From the NCBI GenBank assembly GCA_000004985.1, contig GG738882.1: 64,000 bases of DNA, one strand, 5' to 3'. The notes under the pieces were generated by a model. That model ran no database searches. It was not told the DNA's origin and saw only the letters and a program-made list of their open reading frames with translations. The DNA is from Naegleria gruberi (Eukaryota). A program made the position numbers and the translations under genes. Shown here in pieces: positions 57,601 to 64,000 of this stretch (positions are counted from its first letter, which is position 1; every line of letters begins with the position of its first letter).

Positions 57601-60600
57601 CAAAACAAGTATCAAATTCACAAAAGTTTCCAGTGCGATTACTGAAACAATTACATTCATTCGGTCCAACACATTCACCATTTGAAGAACAATTTCCAGA
57701 GCAGGTAAATTGGTCACAATTCAATCCAGTCCATCCTTCCTTACATTCACATGTTGGTGGAGATTGAGTACCCTCATTGGTGAGACATTTGCCATTACCA
57801 GAACAAACTCGAGGAGAATTGAAAGTAATTCCAAAACAGCCTAAAACTGCACACTCCTCGCCAGCATAATATCCTTTACATTGACAGGTGTTTGGTGAAG
57901 TACAAGAGCCATTTCCTGAACAAACACTTGAATTATCGTGAGCAATACCAAAGCATTCAAACATTTCACAAATGTGTCCCCTGTATTCTGAATTACATTT
58001 ACATGTATTTGGTGAAACACATTTACCTTTTCCAGAACAAACACTTGAATCGCTCTTATAAATCCCATAACAAGCAAACTTTTCACAAAGGTCTCCATAA
58101 TAGGTTGAATTACATTGACACTTCTTTGGACCAACACAAATTCCCTGTTGATTACATTCAGATGTAAATTGAGCAGAATCAAAACATTCAAATTTTTCAC
58201 AATTAGAACCAAAAGCTCCTTCAACACATGAACAAGTTTCAGGGGCTACACAATTTCCATTGCCACTACACACACTAGAATTTGAGGAAAGAATACCATT
58301 ACACTTAAACTCATTACAAGCACCAAACAGATACTTGTAAGTGCTATTGACAGAGATGGTATAACAGAGCACATTGGCTGATGTGTAAACTGCCAAATCA
58401 CCTGTATCTTGGAGAACGACAGTAAATTGGCCTCCTTCACAAGTTTGATCAGTAATTGGTGTTGATATGACATTGACTGTGGAATTTCCATCTTCTTCAA
58501 TGGTAACATTTGAAAAAGTCAATTCTAATTGACCATTGGCAGATATTTTCAATTCTGCTTCGGAACTTTCAGAATTTACTTGATACAACAATTCATTGGT
58601 CTTGACATTCATAATGGAAAAGTTGCCTTGATTCATTGTTGCCTTATAAATTCCATAGGTTGAGGAGAGTGAACTGTTTGAAGAAAGAACAATTCCTCCT
58701 GTAGTGGCAATCTTGAAATTATCAGAACTAATCTCTCCAATACATTGACATTCATCAACGCCCACACAAATTCCCTTTCCAGAACACACCTTCTTGTTAT
58801 TACTCAAAATACCATAGCATGTGAAATCTGAACAATTATCACCAGTGAACCCAGTATTGCATTGACACTTATTTGGACCAATACATTTACCATTCCCACT
58901 ACAAACGTTGGAAGAAGAAGGATCGATATCATTACATGCAATATATTCACAATTTGTACCATTAGCTCCAGCAGCACAATGACATGTATCATTTGCGACA
59001 CAAACACCATTACCAGAACAGACCAAAGAAATGTTTGCGCTTGGAATACCTGCACAGTAAATAGGTGGTTCTTCACTTTGGGTAGAATTGGATGTATCTA
59101 TGAAGGTGGAATTATCAGTTGATGTTCCATTGTTTTCAGAACTAGTTGAATTATTATCAATCAAAGTACTGTTATCAACGAGTGTGCCATTTTCAACTTT
59201 TGTACTATTATCAGAGATAGTACTGTTATCAACAAGCGTGGAATTATCAGTCAAAGTACTATTGTCTGTTAAGGTACTGTTATTATCATCACTAGGTAAA
59301 GTTTCATTACCACCAGGTACAGTACTATTGTTATCAACTTGTGTACTATTATCATTTGTAAGAGTACTATTATCAAAAATAGTGGAATTTTCATTCAAGG
59401 TACTGTTATCACTAATGACTGTTTCATTACCACTTGGTAATGTACTGTTATTAATGAGTGTGACATTTTCAACTTGTGTGCTGTTATCAACAGTTGTTTC
59501 GTTAGCATCTGATACTGTACTATTATCAACTTGTGTACTATTATCAGAGATAGTACTGTTATCAACCAGAGTGGAATTATCAGTCAAAGTGCTATTATCT
59601 ATCAAAGTACTATTATCAACTTGTGTACTATTATCATTTGTAAGAGTACTATTATCATAAATAGTGGTGTTTTCATTCAAGGTACTGTTATCACTAATGA
59701 CTGTTTCATTACCGCTTGGTAATGTACTGTTATCAATTAAAGTACTGTTTTCAGCAAGAGTTGAATTTTCTCCTTTTGGCAAAGTTTCATTATCAAAGGA
59801 AGTAGTATTATCAACAGTTGTTTCATTACCACTTGGTAAAGTACTGTTATCAACGAGAGTGCCATTTTCAACTTTTGTGCTATTATCAGAGATAGTACTG
59901 TTATCAACCAGAGTGGAATTATCAATCAAACTACTATTGTCTGCTAAGGTACTGTTGTCTGCAAGCGTAGAATTATCCTCAGTTGGCAAAGTTTCATTAT
60001 CAAAAGAAGTGCTATTTTCAGCAATTGTTTCATTAGGCATTTGATGCTGTACTATTATCTATCAAAGTACTGTTATCAATGAGTGTGCCATTTTCAACTT
60101 GTGTGCTGTTATCAATTAAAGTGCTGTTATCAACAAGAGTTGAATTATCTCCCTTTGACAAAGTTTCATTACCAAATGAAGTGCTGTTATCAACAGTTGT
60201 TTCGTTAGCATCTGATGCTGTATTATTGTCAATCAAAGTACTGTTATTTTCAACGAGTGTACTATTATCACCAGGTAAAGTCTCATTACCATCTGGTAAT
60301 GTACTATTATCAGCCAAAGTACTGTTATTTTCAACTTGTGTACTATTATCAGAGATTGTACTATTATCAACAAAAGTTGAATTATCAATCAAAGTACTAT
60401 TATCTATCAAAGTACTGTTATTATCATCACTAGGTAAAGTTTCATTACCACCAGGTACAGTACTATTGTTATCAATTAAAGTACTGTTTTCTGCTAGAGT
60501 GGAATTTTCTCCTTTTGGCAATGTTTCATTATCAAAGGAAGTAGTATTATCAACCGTTGTTTCAATACCTCCTGGTAAGGTACTATTATCAACAATTGTT

Positions 60601-61691
60601 TCATTACCGCTTGGTATAGTTTCATTTGCATCTGATGCTGTACTATTATCCATAACTGTAGTATTAGAATCGTTTGATCCTTCAACAGTTGAGTTCTTTT
60701 CATCTGAGGATACACCGTTATCATTTAAGGTACTATTATCAGCAAGAGTGGAATTATCAATTAAAGTAGTGTTATCAAGCAGCGTACTATTGTCAAATTG
60801 TGTGCTATTATCAGAGATAGTACTGTTATCAACCAGAGTGGAATTATCAGTCAAAGTACTGTTGTCTGCTATGGTACTGTTGTCTGCAAGCGTAGAATTT
60901 TCCTCAGTTGGCAAAGTTGCATTATCAAAAGAAGTACTATTATCAACCAAAGTACTGTTATTTTCAGCAATTGTTTCATTAGCATTTGATGTTGTATTAT
61001 TATCCATAACCGAAGTAGTATTATTGGAATCGTTTGATCCCTCAATGGTAGAGTTCTTTTCATCTGAGGATACACCATTATCAACCAAAGTACTGTTATC
61101 AACGAGTGTGCCATTATTGTCATAGAGAGTACTGTTATCAAGAGTTGAATTATCAATCAATGTACTATTATCTATCAGAGTACTGTTATCAGCAAGTGTA
61201 GAATTTTCCTCAGTTGGCAAAGTTGCATTATCAAAAGAAGTACTATTATCAACCAAAGTACTGTTATCAACAAGCGTGCTGTTGTCAACAACAGAAAGAG
61301 TACTATTGTCCTCTTGTGTGATATTATTGGAAGAATCAACAGAAGGTGAATTAACAACAAGCAAATCACTACAAGTTGGACCTCCATATCCATCGTTACA
61401 TGTCTCACATATTCCAGTCTCGACGTTACAACTGCCATGCTCACATATTCCATTCACATCTGTACAATTCTCTTGGCAATAAGTAGAGTTGTAAGCATAG
61501 TAAGACTCTGCACAAGCGCAATTTGCAGCTCCGCAATCACCCTTACACAATGGGTCAGTAGGGCATGAACTTAATGCAACATCATTGTCAGCCTTAATAA
61601 AAGTAATCAAGGCAAAGAAGAAGAGCAAAACTACAAGCAAAACTGCTCTCTTCTCCAGCAAGATGGTTAATTTCATTTTTTTTACAGTCAA
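39619..61691 (-). CDS. Giant (>7,000 aa) type-I surface protein: signal peptide, EGF-like modules, NST-rich tandem repeats, about 11 [B-lectin + ~10 EGF] super-repeats, Cys-poor stalk, TM, acidic tail. One gene, interrupted by 2 assembly gaps and at least 1 apparent frameshift.
   Basis: Minus-strand ORFs 60033..61691, 45569..60040 and 39619..46995 abut or overlap with no stop-rich spacer. N-terminus MKLTILLEKRAVLLVVLLFFFALITFIKA is a signal peptide, followed by CKGDCGAANCACAESYY...CNDGYGGPTC. Repeated CxCxxGYxGxxCExxxC modules occur more than 100 times. B-lectin motifs include LTSANGKYALSF...LQLVDDGSLVLYS, LVLENTGNLVVYQ, LVIDNTGNLVIAN, VLQNDGSLVVYN and LENDGVLALFN. TM segment VAIGVSVTLVVLVLIATAGVVVIVAIRKKKED at about 40020..40110. 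N-gaps at 45596..46641 (1046 nt) and 50237..50497 (261 nt). Confidence 0.75.
45596..46641. other. Assembly gap (1046 N) inside the giant gene
   Basis: Run of N. Length is not a multiple of 3, so the ORF track changes frame across it. EGF-module coding sequence is present on both flanks. Confidence 0.95.
50237..50497. other. Assembly gap (261 N) inside the giant gene
   Basis: Run of N. The minus-strand ORF stays in frame across it (261 = 87 codons), with EGF modules on both sides. Confidence 0.95.
59140..61330 (-). repeat. Coding tandem repeats rich in N-glycosylation sequons (DNSTL/DNSTI/ENSTL units), mucin-like N-terminal region of the giant protein
   Basis: Translation reads ...DNSTLVDNSTLVDNSTSFDNATLPTEENSTLADNSTLIDNSTLIDNSTLDNSTLYDNNGTLVDNSTL... 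for more than 700 aa. At the DNA level this is short imperfect 15-nt units. Plus-strand ORFs 59088..60044 and 60079..61125 (VLLSTSV repeats) are antisense artifacts. Confidence 0.7.
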
Positions 61692-62431
61692 AACTTGTGC
61701 AAGTGTATAAATACTTTTATTCCATTAAGAATACTTGTTTTTAAATAAGGACCTTAGAGGAGATCGCGTGAATCAATAGCAAATAGCATCGCCCAACACT
61801 AGTGTTGTTGAATATTTACTGGTAAGTGTGCACCTAGAGGATTTGCTTTAAATTTATCACTCGTATGTTGGTTTTCAAGATGCATAAACCACAAACAAAA
61901 ATATTGTTAGGGGCACTGTATGCAGCCTTGACCTTTCAACAATAATCCCAATTCCATGTTAATCCTTCAGTTCCTTATTTATCTATTAGAAAAGTCCAAA
62001 ACAAAGTTTGCTTTGAGTTTAATTACCAAGGCAATGAACCTCATCCATGTTACATCTATGTTTGTGCAAAATATGTGACACTCGATTATGTGCATCTTGT
62101 GTCCTTTTCGAGACATTTTCTGGTTCAACAAGGGCGTATTTGCTCAATAGAATGGAAATAAGGATGAATATGAACAATTTTAATTGGGGTTGCAACATGA
62201 CAATCCCAATGATCAACAATTCTCATCAACTTTGTTTCAGAATAGTTGAACATATATTAGAGATTAATTTTCAATGTAATTCTTATCAAACTATCGCAAA
62301 ACAACCATCCCAACACTCTTCTGAGATTTAATGAACTTATCATGGAGAAACGCCGAATCAATCAAACAACAACTTTCAATCTCCCTAATTGAAAGATTCG
62401 CTCAACAATTTCCGATCCTTCTATGGAATAT

Positions 62432-63112
62432 TTATTGTCTATTGTAAGAAATTACAGACACCAAATACATAATCGGTCTCCAATCAAATTCAGGTAGTTC
62501 AGCCTTAACTGTTATTTCCCAAGTTTCCATCAAATTAACAAATGGTTTTGTTGCAAGTTTAGCATAAACAAGACTTCCATCTGCTGACTTTATATCGATA
62601 TCAATAGTAGCAAATGAAAGGTTTTCTTCTGCATGAGCTACTTGTTCATTAGCACTGTTAAAGATCTTGTATTTTCGTAAAAGGAATGTAAATTCCTGTT
62701 CAATTTTTCCCAATGTCTGGAATGGCACTTCGGTATCGTTTTGACAGACTGCAATATCAACCTTCTGACCCAAAGAGAAGATGGTTCCTCTGCCCTCACA
62801 ACTTCCCAAATCCTCTGGGGTCATCAAATCAATACGATAAGGAACAGCCCAAGATCTAAACTTCATCTTGCCCATCCTATTCGCATCCTCAACAGTTTCA
62901 TTAAATATACCAAATCTTGATAAGCCAAACTCCTTTTGCATTGTTATTTTTGATCCTATAGGGAAGTACTTTAAGTTATCTGTGCTGTAACAATATTGAG
63001 GAGGAATACTGTTGATGATACCAATCGGAAGAAGAATTGCCAATGTCATAATTACTACACAGCAAAAAAAAGCACATCCACATAGTGAGAAGAAGACATT
63101 ACTCTTGGACAT
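62432..63112 (-). CDS. Hypothetical type-II (N-terminal signal-anchor) membrane protein
   Basis: 226-aa ORF. N-terminal hydrophobic segment FFSLCGCAFFCCVVIMTLAILLPIGII. The rest is predicted beta-rich (FATIDIDIKSADGSLVYAKL...WEITVKAELPEFDW). No recognisable catalytic motif. Confidence 0.4.
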   Translation of the reverse strand: MSKSNVFFSLCGCAFFCCVVIMTLAILLPIGIINSIPPQYCYSTDNLKYFPIGSKITMQKEFGLSRFGIFNETVEDANRMGKMKFRSWAVPYRIDLMTPEDLGSCEGRGTIFSLGQKVDIAVCQNDTEVPFQTLGKIEQEFTFLLRKYKIFNSANEQVAHAEENLSFATIDIDIKSADGSLVYAKLATKPFVNLMETWEITVKAELPEFDWRPIMYLVSVISYNRQ

Positions 63113-63299
63113 TGCTTAATAATAATAATTTACAGGTATTGCGTTGTCTTGTTGTTGAGAGAATTTCGACGCAACTGTGTTGAGTCTTTTTTTGATAATT
63201 GAAAACTGCCTGTAATTGCTCAAGGTTCATTACAGCGAGTAGAGGCAATGTAGTAGTATTAGTATTCAACTCAACATTTTAAAAGGAATAAGTAGTTAA

Positions 63300-64000
63300 T
63301 TAAATTGACAAGTTGATAGGTCCATTCTCGATCATTAATTCAAAGGGTGTGTTTACCCCATTTTGCTTCCATCCATTCTTTTCACTCTTTTTCAAAAATT
63401 CCAAAACGTCCTTTGCATAATTATTGGCTCTGAATTTCATCAATTGATGTATGACTTTCACAGGTATCTTACCTTTAAAGTCTATACCTATCAGCTGATA
63501 ATATTTACATGTATTTTCGTCAATATGTTTGAATGCCCAGCCAACTAGTGATAATCCCTTAATAGAATCCTTAATTGGTTTTTCCTTTGGATGGTTTACT
63601 GACTTGACACACAGAAAATAGGTATCACTACTAGGGTCGTAGATTGATGAAGCACAATACATAAAGACTCGATCCTTTGCAGGCCATTTCATTCTGTAAA
63701 CTTCTTGCGTAAATTCACATGCTAGGGTGGTATCTGTTTTTAGAATCCTATCAAGTTGCTCAGAGGATTTCAAAAGCTTGTCATATAATTTTCTATTTTC
63801 TGTATCTAGTAAGCATTTCATCACTTTTTTACAATTGAAAGGAAATAGTATCTCATATTTGAAAAAGTTAATCTTGCTGTCTTCTGTGGACTCCATTCTA
63901 TAATTTTCAGTCGATGTGAATACTTCATAGTTTTTTCCCTTCTTGATCCTGGACCAAAATTCCTCATTCCATAAGTAGTATTTGAGTAGAGAAAAGTGTT
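63300..64000 (-). CDS. START/Bet v1-like lipid-binding domain protein, 5' end beyond window
   Basis: The ORF 63300..63896 stays open upstream to the window edge (...LLKYYLWNEEFWSRIKKGKNYEVFTSTENYRMESTEDSK...). Motifs WPAKDRVFMYCASSIYDPSSDTYFLCVKSVNHP and LSLVGWAFKHIDENTCKYYQLIGIDFKGKIPVKVI resemble START domains (RD.V..R......G.Y.I...SV.H...P; gapped C-terminal beta-strands plus helix). Confidence 0.5.
   Translation of the reverse strand, partial: HFSLLKYYLWNEEFWSRIKKGKNYEVFTSTENYRMESTEDSKINFFKYEILFPFNCKKVMKCLLDTENRKLYDKLLKSSEQLDRILKTDTTLACEFTQEVYRMKWPAKDRVFMYCASSIYDPSSDTYFLCVKSVNHPKEKPIKDSIKGLSLVGWAFKHIDENTCKYYQLIGIDFKGKIPVKVIHQLMKFRANNYAKDVLEFLKKSEKNGWKQNGVNTPFELMIENGPINLSI

Noticed and set aside
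59100-61330. Regularly spaced short direct repeats that superficially resemble a CRISPR array
   Set aside because: The repeats are 15-nt in-frame coding units (DNSTL sequons) inside a eukaryotic gene with a signal peptide. There are no unique spacers, no cas genes and no prokaryotic context.
39727-61482. Dozens of 60-300-aa ORFs on the plus strand and in alternate minus frames inside the giant gene (e.g. 43467..44375, 53266..53940, 59088..59660, 60079..61125), rich in Val/Leu/Ile/His
   Set aside because: They are antisense or out-of-frame readings of highly repetitive Cys/Asn/Thr/Gly-codon DNA. They lack independent start contexts and tile exactly under the long minus-strand ORF. Their composition (VLLSTSV..., HVLIKILVH...) is the mirror of the sense-strand codons.
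62047-62331. 94-aa plus-strand ORF in the 740-bp intergenic region upstream of the giant gene's start
   Set aside because: No conserved motifs. It lies where the promoter/5' UTR of the minus-strand giant gene is expected. Composition is consistent with random AT-rich sequence.
1-64000. Prokaryotic defence or mobile-island interpretation (restriction-modification, toxin-antitoxin, abortive infection, CRISPR-Cas, phage genes)
   Set aside because: The window has spliceosomal introns, RNA Pol II RPB1, ubiquitin E1, a G-alpha fold, an RGS domain, Piwi, a eukaryotic tRNA and standard eukaryotic gene spacing. No operon-like co-directional short-gene clusters and no Shine-Dalgarno-dependent organisation.
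1-64000. Alternative (ciliate-type) genetic code with TAA/TAG as Gln
   Set aside because: Conserved proteins end at the expected positions on TAA (E1, Piwi, DOHH), TAG (RPB1) and TGA (LRR gene). Reading through would add long non-homologous low-complexity tails.

Overview
This window is eukaryotic nuclear DNA, not a prokaryotic locus. It is AT-rich, uses the standard genetic code (TAA, TAG and TGA all terminate conserved proteins at expected lengths), and is intron-poor. Six introns could be defined from the sequence, all short (43-80 nt) with GTAAGT or GTGAGT donors and AG acceptors. The organism looks like a microbial eukaryote (protist); I cannot name it. The Pol II C-terminal domain is degenerate (YSPSSP-like units rather than YSPTSPS heptads), which argues against animals, fungi, plants and dictyostelids.

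Confident calls, left to right:
- deoxyhypusine hydroxylase (minus strand)
- ubiquitin-activating enzyme E1 (UBA1-like)
- a Cys-rich 766-aa ORF, possibly transposase-derived
- a degenerate eEF1A/Hbs1-like pseudo-GTPase
- RNA polymerase II largest subunit (RPB1)
- a 3'-5' exonuclease-domain protein
- a 4-exon gene fusing Kelch repeats, a TPR-like region and a divergent, probably inactive, G-alpha domain
- an RGS-domain protein immediately downstream of that gene
- a Piwi-clade Argonaute with an RGG-rich N-terminus and an intact DDH catalytic triad
- an F-box-like/LRR protein built from recently amplified 72-bp tandem units
- a 4-exon receptor-like transmembrane kinase whose ectodomain carries Chlamydia Pmp-type FxxN/GGAI repeat pairs
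- a tRNA-Glu(CUC)
- a START-domain gene cut by the window end

The most striking feature is a roughly 22-kb minus-strand gene (39619..61691), interrupted by two N-gaps and at least one apparent frameshift. It encodes a type-I surface protein of more than 7,000 aa. Its parts, N- to C-terminus: a signal peptide; an N-terminal EGF module; about 2 kb of N-glycosylation-sequon (DNSTL) tandem repeats; about 11 super-repeats of roughly 440 aa, each one bulb-type (GNA-like) mannose-binding lectin domain plus about 10 tenascin-type EGF modules; a Cys-poor beta-rich stalk; a T/N-rich linker; a single TM; and an acidic tail.

No CRISPR arrays, prokaryotic defence systems or rRNA genes are present.
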